64,000 nt of DNA from Klebsiella phage N1M2, in sequence record MN642089.1, one strand, 5' to 3'. Shown in pieces: positions 40,739 to 50,134 of this stretch; the stretch's first letter is position 1, and each line of letters opens with the position of its first letter. A program made the translations under genes and the position numbers. The notes below the pieces were generated by a model. The model searched no databases, was not told where the DNA came from, and worked only from the letters and a program-made list of their open reading frames with translations.

Positions 40739-41419
40739 ATGAAAATGAAAAACGTATTTAAAATTATTGCTTCTGTAGTTCTTGCTTTCGGTCTGGTTGG
40801 TTGTGACAATAACGATGGGTTCGATAAAGACCTGTCTTCCGATCCGAAAGCTGGCGCAGTCGTTCGTGGCGAAGTTCTCCATAAAGTAGACTACGCTCAG
40901 AAATTGACTGTCAAGTCTGTTAAGATAACTGAGGGCGTCTACACCTTTGGTATTGCCATGAAGTCCCCAACTCGTCAACCTCAGGCAATTGTTTTTACCT
41001 GTGCTGTTGATGCTAATGCTGCCGGGATCGCCCACACTATTTTGGACGAAAACAATTTACCTATCTCTGAAGTTTCAACTCTGAGCATCATGAAATATCG
41101 CAAAGGGATCAAAGAAATTACTGAGTTAGATGAAAGCACAACTCCGTTCTTCTCAACTGCTAATGGGGACTCTGACTTTATCGGTGCGATGAACAAACTG
41201 AAGAATCTTGATAAAGATACTCCAATTGCGTTCACCATCGAAACCCCTGACTACGAAGGCTATGCTCAGACTAAAGGCTGGTCTATCATGGCGACTGCAG
41301 GTGAACTTTATAGTGCTTGGAAAGATGCACCTACTAAAGCTTGCCAGGGAACCAACCTGACACTGGAACGTGATGACGTTATCACTGGTGTCACCAATCG
41401 TCAGTTAACTGGTAAATAA
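40739..41419 (+). CDS. putative lipoprotein (226 aa)
   Basis: Signal peptide ending in lipobox LVGC (Cys following FGLVG). Confidence 0.65.
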   Translation: MKMKNVFKIIASVVLAFGLVGCDNNDGFDKDLSSDPKAGAVVRGEVLHKVDYAQKLTVKSVKITEGVYTFGIAMKSPTRQPQAIVFTCAVDANAAGIAHTILDENNLPISEVSTLSIMKYRKGIKEITELDESTTPFFSTANGDSDFIGAMNKLKNLDKDTPIAFTIETPDYEGYAQTKGWSIMATAGELYSAWKDAPTKACQGTNLTLERDDVITGVTNRQLTGK

Positions 41420-41435
41420 AATAATTATGTGATAA

Positions 41436-41461
41436 GGTTAGAGGGCTTCGGTCCTCTAACC
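41436..41461 (+). terminator. GGTTAGAGGGC-TTCG-GTCCTCTAACC hairpin
   Basis: 11-bp stem with TTCG tetraloop after the stop at 41419. Confidence 0.7.
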
Positions 41462-41563
41462 AAGTCATAAGAACCATTTTCTTTTTGCCTGCATTTAAAA
41501 TTATTCAGACGTATATTATTAGCATGTATATGAATAGTTTTAATTAATTATAGAGAGAACAAT

Positions 41564-42268
41564 ATGGAAAATGTTATCTTGACTGAGGAAGAAGCCAAAG
41601 TCCAAGCCGATAAAGACTGGGCTCAGTTGTTTGAATACAAGATGCAGAAAGAACTTCTGCGTTACTGTGTCTGGTCCATTTCTCTTAATGATATCGCCCA
41701 TAACCTGGGTCATGTTTGGGATGTCTGTAAACTGGGGATATGGATATCTGAGGAACTAGGGTTAGATGAACGTTCTGCTCAATTGGTGAATGTAGGTTGT
41801 TTACTTCACGACATTGGTTGCCGCTATGAACGTAAGCATCATCATTTGATAGGTTATGGGCTTGTATATGAACTTGTTGGTCGTTACTGTCCAGGTGAGT
41901 TCACAGATGAAGAACTATTAACCATCGCAACTGCAGTACTGGAGCATCGCAGTTCCAATCCAAATAAACCATCTAATCTAATCAGCAGTATTGTTAGTGT
42001 CGCTGATTCTGGCGCACCTGACTTTAATAAATACATTCGTAGAGCTGTGCAGTTTAGAAATAAGAAGATGCCAAGAGAACTTCTGATTGAAGAAGTTTAT
42101 AAACATCTATTAGAGAAGTTTGGGGTCGAAGGTTATCACTGGAGAAGTTATCCTGATATTGGATTAACTTTATTCAAGAATGAATGGGATGACTTCACTA
42201 AGAAACTTTACGATGATAAATATACCATGTCGGTTATAGAGACGACCTATGACGCCATAGGAGGCTAA
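41564..42268 (+). CDS. HD-domain phosphohydrolase-like protein
   Basis: His...LLHDIG (HD dyad) with downstream His residues; TATATTAT box at 41512-41519 upstream. Confidence 0.6.
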   Translation: MENVILTEEEAKVQADKDWAQLFEYKMQKELLRYCVWSISLNDIAHNLGHVWDVCKLGIWISEELGLDERSAQLVNVGCLLHDIGCRYERKHHHLIGYGLVYELVGRYCPGEFTDEELLTIATAVLEHRSSNPNKPSNLISSIVSVADSGAPDFNKYIRRAVQFRNKKMPRELLIEEVYKHLLEKFGVEGYHWRSYPDIGLTLFKNEWDDFTKKLYDDKYTMSVIETTYDAIGG

Positions 42269-42270
42269 AT

Positions 42271-42729
42271 GTGCACAGTAACTCAGCTGAATACATGCTG
42301 AATGGAATAGTTGTACTGATCATGTTAGGATGTATTATAGGAGCTATTTGGATCTTTGTCTATGATCGCTCAGCAGACCAAAGGTTCAGTTGGCACCAAC
42401 TCGTGAAGAACAGTTTCCACGTTGTGGTTATTTGTTTGAATGGGAAAGAATACACTCTTGATATTCATTACAACTGCAAAGCACAATCTCCGGTATACAA
42501 GTTGAAAGGACAACGTAGTTTAGTACTATATTTACCCACTGGCTTTACACGTCAGCAATTTCTAGACTACGTAAATGGATTAACGGGTATCGATGATCAA
42601 TTGCTTAAGGTCATCAGAAGTATTAGAAATGAAAGCATTCTTAAAGAATGTGATTTCACACATGAGGATATTTCAACATACCGAGACTTTAAACGACATT
42701 TGCTATTAAAGGCTTTAAGAAATAAATGA
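42271..42729 (+). CDS. small membrane protein (152 aa)
   Basis: GTG start with strong RBS aggagg 6 nt upstream; N-terminal TM helix IVVLIMLGCIIGAIWIFVY. Confidence 0.55.
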   Translation: MHSNSAEYMLNGIVVLIMLGCIIGAIWIFVYDRSADQRFSWHQLVKNSFHVVVICLNGKEYTLDIHYNCKAQSPVYKLKGQRSLVLYLPTGFTRQQFLDYVNGLTGIDDQLLKVIRSIRNESILKECDFTHEDISTYRDFKRHLLLKALRNK

Positions 42730-43136
42730 ACGTAATACTCTTTGCAGTGCTGTTCATCTTTGCCGTCCTTATTGGTAAACTAGTTATGGGTAATCCCAAA
42801 TCTAAAGTTACTTCAACCATAAAAGGTCGAGTAATGGTGATAAGATATCAAGACAGGATTCTTAATGTGACTGGAGACCGGAGTGTAAGGTTAGTTCTTT
42901 ATACCCGATTTAAGAATGTTGAGCATATCGTCATTCCAATTGGGAGGGGTAAGGAAACAGCAGATCAGGTGGAGAAGTTCTTTATCACATCGAGAAGAAC
43001 CTCTATCTTAGCAAAGGGACTATTCTCGTTCAGTTCTGCTATTAACCCGATAGAACTAATGCAGTTCGATCCAACCTGTGCAGCCGAATTAGTAGAAGCT
43101 CAGTTAAAGTTACAATCCTTCTGTAAAATGAAATAA
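42726..43136 (+). CDS. small membrane protein (136 aa)
   Basis: ATGA overlap; N-terminal TM helix ILFAVLFIFAVLIGKLV. Confidence 0.55.
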   Translation: MNVILFAVLFIFAVLIGKLVMGNPKSKVTSTIKGRVMVIRYQDRILNVTGDRSVRLVLYTRFKNVEHIVIPIGRGKETADQVEKFFITSRRTSILAKGLFSFSSAINPIELMQFDPTCAAELVEAQLKLQSFCKMK

Positions 43137-43147
43137 ACAACATAAAA

Positions 43148-43178
43148 CCCCTACCCCTCCTTTCGGAGTGGGTAGGGG
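43148..43178. terminator. bidirectional hairpin CCCCTACCCCTCC-TTTC-GGAGTGGGTAGGGG
   Basis: Member of the same hairpin family; T-run follows; convergent junction. Confidence 0.7.
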
Positions 43179-43200
43179 ATAATAACTTATGTTATTTTTT

Positions 43201-44103
43201 TTAGCCCATGTATTTAGGCTGGGTCACGCTACGAGCATCTTTGTTCATGATGTCGATCAGACCGTTGTTCTGAATACCCTGCAGAGTTGCAGTAGGCTGT
43301 TTGAAGCCAGCCGGAGCTGCACGACCACCTGGGTTGTACAGAGGCATACGCTGCATTACAGCACGTGCAATCTCTTTAGCAGCCAGAGTATCAAACTCCA
43401 TCAGGCCAGTGAACTCAGTGTTGATTTCACGTACAGCACCGGAAGAGTTATCAACGTCAAAGCTGAACTCATAGTTCGCACCTTCTTTAGGCATCTGAGC
43501 CAGAACCAGGCAAGCGTGACGCACATCGCGCCAGTTACGGCTTGGTTCGAAGTAGATGGAACTCATGGAGATTTCATCCAGAAGCATTTCGCCCTGATAG
43601 TTCAGAGTGATGATCTTAGGATGACGAATCACTGGGTCATTCAGCAGGTAGCTGATCCAGGTATCCATCAGTTTGGAGAAGGATTCACCTTCTGGGTCCA
43701 GAGCCATGTGGCTGATCGCACCGAAGGTACGAGTAGAACCCACTGGGAAGCTCAGAGTAGAACCGCCAGCCCAAGTGATGTCATGGTAATCAACCGCAGT
43801 ACGAACACTCAGACCAGACCAGTTACGGCTACGGGTTTCCATGTATGCACGAAGCAGACCATGAAGCTCCTGACCGCCAGGCAGTGCCGAGAACGCAGCT
43901 GGGGTTGACAGGTTGACGCAGTAAGGACGCTGGGATACATATGGTTGTTCCTGAACAAAACGGAAGTTGTTCGGAGCAAAGCCATACTGACCGCCGAATG
44001 CAGCGTTGATTACCGGGGTATTCCGGATATCGAATGCACGGACGAAATCAGAGTTCCCCGGCATCAGCGTCATATTGTCGCGATATGGGTAGTTAGTTGC
44101 CAT
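43201..44103 (-). CDS. hypothetical protein (300 aa), GC-richer codon usage
   Basis: Chosen over the antisense 239-aa ORF; composition shift suggests a highly expressed, possibly virion gene. Confidence 0.65.
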   Translation of the reverse strand: MATNYPYRDNMTLMPGNSDFVRAFDIRNTPVINAAFGGQYGFAPNNFRFVQEQPYVSQRPYCVNLSTPAAFSALPGGQELHGLLRAYMETRSRNWSGLSVRTAVDYHDITWAGGSTLSFPVGSTRTFGAISHMALDPEGESFSKLMDTWISYLLNDPVIRHPKIITLNYQGEMLLDEISMSSIYFEPSRNWRDVRHACLVLAQMPKEGANYEFSFDVDNSSGAVREINTEFTGLMEFDTLAAKEIARAVMQRMPLYNPGGRAAPAGFKQPTATLQGIQNNGLIDIMNKDARSVTQPKYMG

Positions 44104-44114
44104 CTTTTAATTCC

Positions 44115-46310
44115 TTATTCTGCTGCGAGGCTGTCTTCGTTGTAAGCTTCCAGCACGGAATCCATCATGTAAACACCTTTACCGAACCAGAGGCGGGTAA
44201 CTGCGTACATTACAGATTTAGAAGTTGGGGAATCTTCACGGAATGAAGTTTCAACTTCCCAGTTGGAAATTACAGAACCGAACAGATCACGGATGCGTGC
44301 TTCTGCACCGTCTTTAACGCGAGCCAGATAACCTTCACGACCCAGCTGTGGATCGCCAGAAACCTGAATCCACTGATCTTGCAGAATCTTCTCAACGCAG
44401 ACACATTTCCAAACGTTGGTCAGATCTTTCAGCACACTGTTGATGTTGTCATAAACAGTTGGAAGTGCCGGACGGCAGAACTGAGACTCGGTGATTGGAG
44501 TAACAGTGATCGAACCGTTGATCAGGTTGTTAGCAGCAGGATCGTCAGCTTCGAACTGAACCTGTGGATCGTGAGCGATACGCAGGATACGGTTAGCATC
44601 ATGATCAGGCATTTGAGAAGCAAACATCTTACCGTCTGCACCACCACCTGCTACAGCAAATGCGTACATCAGGTCGATGTTCAGAGAGAAGCGTTCCCAG
44701 GTAGGTTCGTTAATGTAACGAGCATCCCACAGGTTGATAGAAGCACGGCAAGCCGCAGCTTTATACACTTCAGATTCTGGAATCATGGTGATACGAGTGT
44801 TCAGCATGGTAGCGGTAGAGTAGATCTCATCTTGGCTCTTATTGCGCAGCCATTCGGTAGCACAAGGAACAACAATGATATCTTTACGCTTAGACATGAA
44901 CTGAATCAGGATATCTTTAATACGCTGGTTAAAACCAACGTCCCACATGAATGAAGCACGGTTACGAATAACGTCTTTAACATCCAGGGAGTTCTGATAT
45001 TCCAGCAGGTAAGCTTCCAACAGAACCTGGTTCATTTCCCAGCACTGTTTAGTAGTGATCACTGCATCTGGATCAGATACATCAACTACCCACTCACCAT
45101 CGACTGCATCTACCCAGCTAGCTGGTTTAGCAGGGAATTTACCATCAGCATCTGCGTATGGGTTAATACCGCCGCTAGCTTGCAGGTAATGGTTAGGACT
45201 CATGCGAGTACCAGTCAGAGAACCTTCAACGTTCAGGTTACCACCGAACACGATGCGATGATAAGGTTTACCGAAATGGTTCACCAGATCCAGCATGTTC
45301 ATGATAGCGAACTTAGGCAGACGTTTAGACTGAACAGCCGGAGGCAGAATAGTACCATCGCCATATTCAGCATCATACAGTTCTTTAGCTACCGTACTGA
45401 TGTTTTGTGTATAAGAGAATACAGTATCAAACGGAGCATCACGGAGTTCGACTGGACGGTTTACGTTGTTACCGGTGTATTGATCAACTGCAGTTTTCAG
45501 GCTGTAGCGAACATTCAAATCGGAAACAGTATCGAACATGGTGAAGGTGGTATCAGGAACACCATTAATAGTATTCGCTGGAACACGCAGACCATTATCC
45601 AACAGAGTACCCAGGTTCAGGATGAACGGGTAAGAACCATTGGTCATAACGAAACGAGCTACTTCGTTCCAATCGGTGTTTGCACCGTGGCCGATAGTTG
45701 CATAGTTAGCATTATAAACATCACCGATACCGGAGATGATTTCGCTCAATGGATAGAAGGTACCTTTGGTGCTAACCGGAATATCTGGAGTACCTTCATT
45801 AGCGGTTACTTCCATTGGTTTAGCTGAGCCAACATCACCTTTGGTTGCCATTACTGCAGGACAAACCCAAACACCTTTGACGGTTGGTGCATCTTTGTTG
45901 ACCACAGGGTTGCCCGTCGCATCTTGTTGGTAATCGTCATTAACATCACGATCATAATTCGGCACATCACCTTTAAAGATAGCTACACCGAAGATAGTAC
46001 GTGCTTTAACGTCGTTATTAACCAAACGTTTGAAACGGAAAGAAGCTTGACCCGCGCGGCCTAATTGCTGGATAGCATAGGTAACTGGGTTGTAGTACAT
46101 ACCGAACGCATCAGTAGTGTCGCCGAACTTTTCAGTGAAAGTCCCAACAGCTACCGTACCGCCTTTGGTTGGCCCCTTAGGGGTTACCGAAGCGAAGTCC
46201 GGAAAGTGAGCAGGAGAAGAGATAACCGGTACACCGGCCGGGAATTGTTCCCGACTAACAATACCATTATTTACCACTTTACCTGGAATCACTTTGTTAA
46301 AAGTATCCAT
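44115..46310 (-). CDS. large protein (731 aa); candidate major capsid protein by size and codon bias
   Basis: Long ORF with distinct GC-rich codon usage; function is inference only. Confidence 0.7.
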   Translation of the reverse strand: MDTFNKVIPGKVVNNGIVSREQFPAGVPVISSPAHFPDFASVTPKGPTKGGTVAVGTFTEKFGDTTDAFGMYYNPVTYAIQQLGRAGQASFRFKRLVNNDVKARTIFGVAIFKGDVPNYDRDVNDDYQQDATGNPVVNKDAPTVKGVWVCPAVMATKGDVGSAKPMEVTANEGTPDIPVSTKGTFYPLSEIISGIGDVYNANYATIGHGANTDWNEVARFVMTNGSYPFILNLGTLLDNGLRVPANTINGVPDTTFTMFDTVSDLNVRYSLKTAVDQYTGNNVNRPVELRDAPFDTVFSYTQNISTVAKELYDAEYGDGTILPPAVQSKRLPKFAIMNMLDLVNHFGKPYHRIVFGGNLNVEGSLTGTRMSPNHYLQASGGINPYADADGKFPAKPASWVDAVDGEWVVDVSDPDAVITTKQCWEMNQVLLEAYLLEYQNSLDVKDVIRNRASFMWDVGFNQRIKDILIQFMSKRKDIIVVPCATEWLRNKSQDEIYSTATMLNTRITMIPESEVYKAAACRASINLWDARYINEPTWERFSLNIDLMYAFAVAGGGADGKMFASQMPDHDANRILRIAHDPQVQFEADDPAANNLINGSITVTPITESQFCRPALPTVYDNINSVLKDLTNVWKCVCVEKILQDQWIQVSGDPQLGREGYLARVKDGAEARIRDLFGSVISNWEVETSFREDSPTSKSVMYAVTRLWFGKGVYMMDSVLEAYNEDSLAAE

Positions 46311-46325
46311 AGTAAAACCTCATTA

Positions 46326-46345
46326 ATTTTTTTGATCAAAAAAAT
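46326..46345. promoter_or_regulatory. 20-bp perfect palindrome ATTTTTTTGATCAAAAAAAT centred on GATC in a divergent intergenic region
   Basis: Exact inverted repeat; also a 12-bp palindrome GTTAACGTTAAC at 46377-46388; lies between the divergent starts at 46310 (-) and 46418 (+). Confidence 0.5.
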
Positions 46346-46417
46346 CAATCGTATGACCCTAAAATCGGGCATGACAGTTAACGTTAACACGCATAACATT
46401 ATTTCAGGACTAGAGTT

Positions 46418-47293
46418 ATGATATTAAATGGTTACGATACTACCGTGGGTAGTAGATTCAAAGTTAAAGACAAGGTAACTGAAACGATTAACGCTTTGCA
46501 AAGCACTGATCGTTTAGAGTTAGTTGATAATCGCGGTGTGTTCGCTGTTGATCACAAAAACGATTTCGGACTTCCTCCTTTTATCTTCCCAATCTCTCTC
46601 ATTAACTATGCAAGAGAGCCAGTTACTGTTTTTGACCAACGCACTTACTTTAATAAAGCAGGACGCAATATCAACGTTCCTGAATATAACGTAATGTTGC
46701 TGGCAAGTATTCTTCAACAGGATGCTCAAAAAGGTAACCTTACCTTAATTAAATCAGTTCGTCCATTCACTATCAAAGCATTCGCTAATGCTGTTGGTAA
46801 TGCCATCGGTCGCACAACTACACTTGATATTGTTCAGAAGATAACGCTGCGCATTATCCTGGGTTATTATTTCGTTTGTCTGTCTGAAAGTCCTAACGTG
46901 GATTATTCATTCATTGCACAAAACGCAGTATCTCGTGCACTTCGCATTCCTCAAGCTCAGGTACAAGAAGTTATCGAAGATCTGGGTTACTTAGCGAAAG
47001 TTGAAGACCTGCTGAAAGCTATCAAAGAACAACCTTCTCTGTTCTCTCTGAGTCGTTTGGATATTGGTGGTCTTGTAGCTGCTGGTTCCAGTGTGTTCTT
47101 CTCAACATCTGGTTTCCGTATGTTGATGGGTGCTGCTCTAGAAATGCCTACTTTATTTACGGCTATCTGCTGGGGCGCTGCAACTCAGAAGATCTATCAG
47201 AATACCGCTGTTGGTCAAGAGCTGAATGTGAAAGAAGATAAAACAGTTTCTAGCTTCATTGCTACAACTGAATACTACTTCACTGGTCGTTAA
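46418..47293 (+). CDS. hypothetical protein (291 aa)
   Basis: ORF. Confidence 0.65.
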   Translation: MILNGYDTTVGSRFKVKDKVTETINALQSTDRLELVDNRGVFAVDHKNDFGLPPFIFPISLINYAREPVTVFDQRTYFNKAGRNINVPEYNVMLLASILQQDAQKGNLTLIKSVRPFTIKAFANAVGNAIGRTTTLDIVQKITLRIILGYYFVCLSESPNVDYSFIAQNAVSRALRIPQAQVQEVIEDLGYLAKVEDLLKAIKEQPSLFSLSRLDIGGLVAAGSSVFFSTSGFRMLMGAALEMPTLFTAICWGAATQKIYQNTAVGQELNVKEDKTVSSFIATTEYYFTGR

Positions 47294-47320
47294 TCTTTTT
47301 ATTATCTTGGGGTGATATCA

Positions 47321-50134
47321 ATGCCTGCATATCAACTCTGCTACTCCCAAGAAGATAATCCATTGGTTGATTACTCTATAAAGAACATGTGGGGTAATCC
47401 AGAGCTGGACTCTCAATACCAGATTAAACTGGCTAGAGTGTCCGGCCTCCAAGGTTTTGTTAATGACTTTGCTTACACCGGCAAGCGTCGGTATCTCCCC
47501 ACAACTTTAGAATTCTATCATGTATTCACTTTAGGTGGACTTGATACTGGATTCTGGAACCTGGGGAGTCGTAATCAAAGTTGGTATCCGATGGATGCCT
47601 GGGTACGAGCATCTGAGTATTCCACGAAACGTGGTGTGACTTTAGATTTCTATAAAGCCGACGGGACAATGTTCCCACGCAACTTGGTGTACATCATGCC
47701 TTGCTTTGATGGCACTACTTTGGTTTGCTTCCCTAGAAACGATAACTTCCCGTTACCTCTAGATAAGAACATGTATATGCACTGTTATACCACAGACATT
47801 AATACATCTCTTATCAGTAATGAAAATCTACCTAAGTTCTCCTTTGGATACTCAGGCGGTATTTACATTCAACATGAGGATATGGAAACAGTACGTCTGA
47901 ATTATAACACTTGGAAAGGTTATAACATGGGGATGGTTTCTTTCTACCACAATGGTACTTTGAAGCCTATCGACTCAGTTACACTTAGACCAGGTGATTT
48001 AATTGAAGCGTGTTACGATCCTTCAATTGAAATGATTCTGAAATACAAGTATAAAGGTATGCCTGACTATTTCTCTACGCTTGATAATAAGCGTAAGGTT
48101 ATATTGTTCCCAGGCTTCAAAGACGTACCTCGCTTGTATCGTTATTATGACGACTGTCGTTTCTATGTTGTAAATAAACGTAATAACAATGGTTATTACT
48201 ATAATCGTAATAGCGAAGATGCAGTAAGGCAGTTGACTCATCAAGACTATGGTTTAGCTGCGGCTTATGTAGAGTTTCTTGCTAACCGTTTAATTGCTGA
48301 GGATTCAACTAAAAAGACCACGATGAATGACATCGAGATCATGGTCGCCTATCATGCCACTCGCTGGGAATTTAAATTAGGTCCAACGTCTAGCAGAATT
48401 AATGATCTTTATCTACTTGAAGATCCTGCTAAGATTCTGGATGCGATGACTGGCTCTAACTCAAACGTTAAGGAATGGCAAGCAGCTACTCTGGAAGGTT
48501 CACCTACCAACAGAGTGTTGAACTCCATTGCTCCTAAACTGACTTCTGAGTTAGTACGTGAAGGTTTGGGTTATCATGGTTGTTCTGTAGCCATGTCTAA
48601 CTCTCCTTTATATATGCCTGCCATTACTCCTGGTCAACCTGGGTTTAACGACATTTATCCGACCCCTCCATATACCTCTGGTCTGGGTTATGAAATCCCA
48701 CCAACATTTGTACAGTCTTCCACGGCTTATGAATATGATATTGATGGACTGCTGTTAAGAAAGCAATACGTCAAGAATCAAGAGTGGTACGCTCCTAATA
48801 AAGATACTGCTTATGTGGAATGGGTGTTGGGTAAAGCAACTACTTGGTTGGATTGGGAAGTAAGTCACGATGATATTAAAATTCGTTGTGGTTATGGTTT
48901 CAGGGTTTATAAAGCTCCATGGGCTATTGATCCAGATTGGGAACCTAAAGATCCAGTTCCAAATGAAATCAAGATCAGTAAAGATGGTACCAACCCGTAT
49001 CCTCCAAACGGTGCTGAATTAAAAATTCTGAAGTATGGTGAGACCCCTACCGATCCAGACCCTTCACTTCCTGAAGGTGGTAAAGTTGCTGGGCCTTGGG
49101 TAGATATCACAGATACCGATGAATACCGTATTGAGAATGGTTATATCGTCTGGAACTTTGACACAGTTAACTATGTCGGGATGGTTGTGTTCGATACCGC
49201 TCATTTATACAATGAGTTTGAACTTACCCATATCGATAATAGTTTAAGTTTCGGTATTACACATCAGTGGCCTATTGGTGGTCCTTTGGTAACTATCGAA
49301 CCAGGTCAATTAGATATTTGGATGAACCGTCACCCACTTATTGAGAACGTGGATTACATTGTGGATTTCCCAATGGTTCACATCATCAGTAAGATGTGGT
49401 TGGTAGATGGTCCTCAATTTATCCAGTATCGTGGAACAGGTCTCTCTAAAAACGGTTTAGTTCATACAAGTGAACTTGGGTTTGTTGCTGATGGTGTGAT
49501 TGGTTATAATGGTCGTTACAATCTTCGTATTGACCGTCCAACTAAAACCATTATCGGTGGTAGACTTTATCTAACTCCTACCGTTGACTGGGCTGAAGAT
49601 ATTCATCACGGTCACAACCTGAATAATCTCAATGGTTGGCCTTATGAGGTTAAACATATTTATTCAGCGAACAAGTATGTGGATTGGTATAACACATACT
49701 GGGGTTATGATGCAGCGATTGAAGTAGATAAACGTGTTTCTGATTATCTTACTGAATACGCAACCTACAAGTCTCCTTGGTCTCCTATCCTTCCTTATCT
49801 CGAAGAAGATAAGTATACCTTGTTTAGTCCATTCCTGAGTAAGATCGTGAATGAGCTAGCGTTAGGATTTATGGATGCACCTAAACCTTCCGGGCTTGAG
49901 ATTCCATATCCAGACCAAACTGTGCTAGAGTTGATTAAACCTTATGAGTGGATGTTGAAATATGATCCAATCATTCTGGGGTACGATCTTAGATACTTCA
50001 CAGTTCATCCTTATAGTAACTTGAAGAAAGTCACTATAACTCCCGATCAAATGACTTTTATAAGTGTCGTCAATAATTTGTTCCTGGAAGGGAAAGTAAA
50101 AATTGAAGGTCACTTTGAGGTGAAACATGTTTGA
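47321..50134 (+). CDS. large protein (about 937 aa), probable virion or tail-associated protein
   Basis: ORF-track GTG at 47312; ATG at 47321 with RBS ggggtga; Asn/Tyr/Gly/Trp-rich composition typical of tail and fibre proteins. Confidence 0.7.
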   Translation: MPAYQLCYSQEDNPLVDYSIKNMWGNPELDSQYQIKLARVSGLQGFVNDFAYTGKRRYLPTTLEFYHVFTLGGLDTGFWNLGSRNQSWYPMDAWVRASEYSTKRGVTLDFYKADGTMFPRNLVYIMPCFDGTTLVCFPRNDNFPLPLDKNMYMHCYTTDINTSLISNENLPKFSFGYSGGIYIQHEDMETVRLNYNTWKGYNMGMVSFYHNGTLKPIDSVTLRPGDLIEACYDPSIEMILKYKYKGMPDYFSTLDNKRKVILFPGFKDVPRLYRYYDDCRFYVVNKRNNNGYYYNRNSEDAVRQLTHQDYGLAAAYVEFLANRLIAEDSTKKTTMNDIEIMVAYHATRWEFKLGPTSSRINDLYLLEDPAKILDAMTGSNSNVKEWQAATLEGSPTNRVLNSIAPKLTSELVREGLGYHGCSVAMSNSPLYMPAITPGQPGFNDIYPTPPYTSGLGYEIPPTFVQSSTAYEYDIDGLLLRKQYVKNQEWYAPNKDTAYVEWVLGKATTWLDWEVSHDDIKIRCGYGFRVYKAPWAIDPDWEPKDPVPNEIKISKDGTNPYPPNGAELKILKYGETPTDPDPSLPEGGKVAGPWVDITDTDEYRIENGYIVWNFDTVNYVGMVVFDTAHLYNEFELTHIDNSLSFGITHQWPIGGPLVTIEPGQLDIWMNRHPLIENVDYIVDFPMVHIISKMWLVDGPQFIQYRGTGLSKNGLVHTSELGFVADGVIGYNGRYNLRIDRPTKTIIGGRLYLTPTVDWAEDIHHGHNLNNLNGWPYEVKHIYSANKYVDWYNTYWGYDAAIEVDKRVSDYLTEYATYKSPWSPILPYLEEDKYTLFSPFLSKIVNELALGFMDAPKPSGLEIPYPDQTVLELIKPYEWMLKYDPIILGYDLRYFTVHPYSNLKKVTITPDQMTFISVVNNLFLEGKVKIEGHFEVKHV

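Noticed and set aside
43189-43908. 239-aa + strand ORF overlapping the 300-aa minus-strand gene (also + ORFs 44379-44954 and 45180-45827)
   Set aside because: The minus-strand ORFs are longer and end exactly at the shared terminator. The + frames translate to His/Val/Thr/Gln-rich junk typical of antisense of GC-rich coding DNA.
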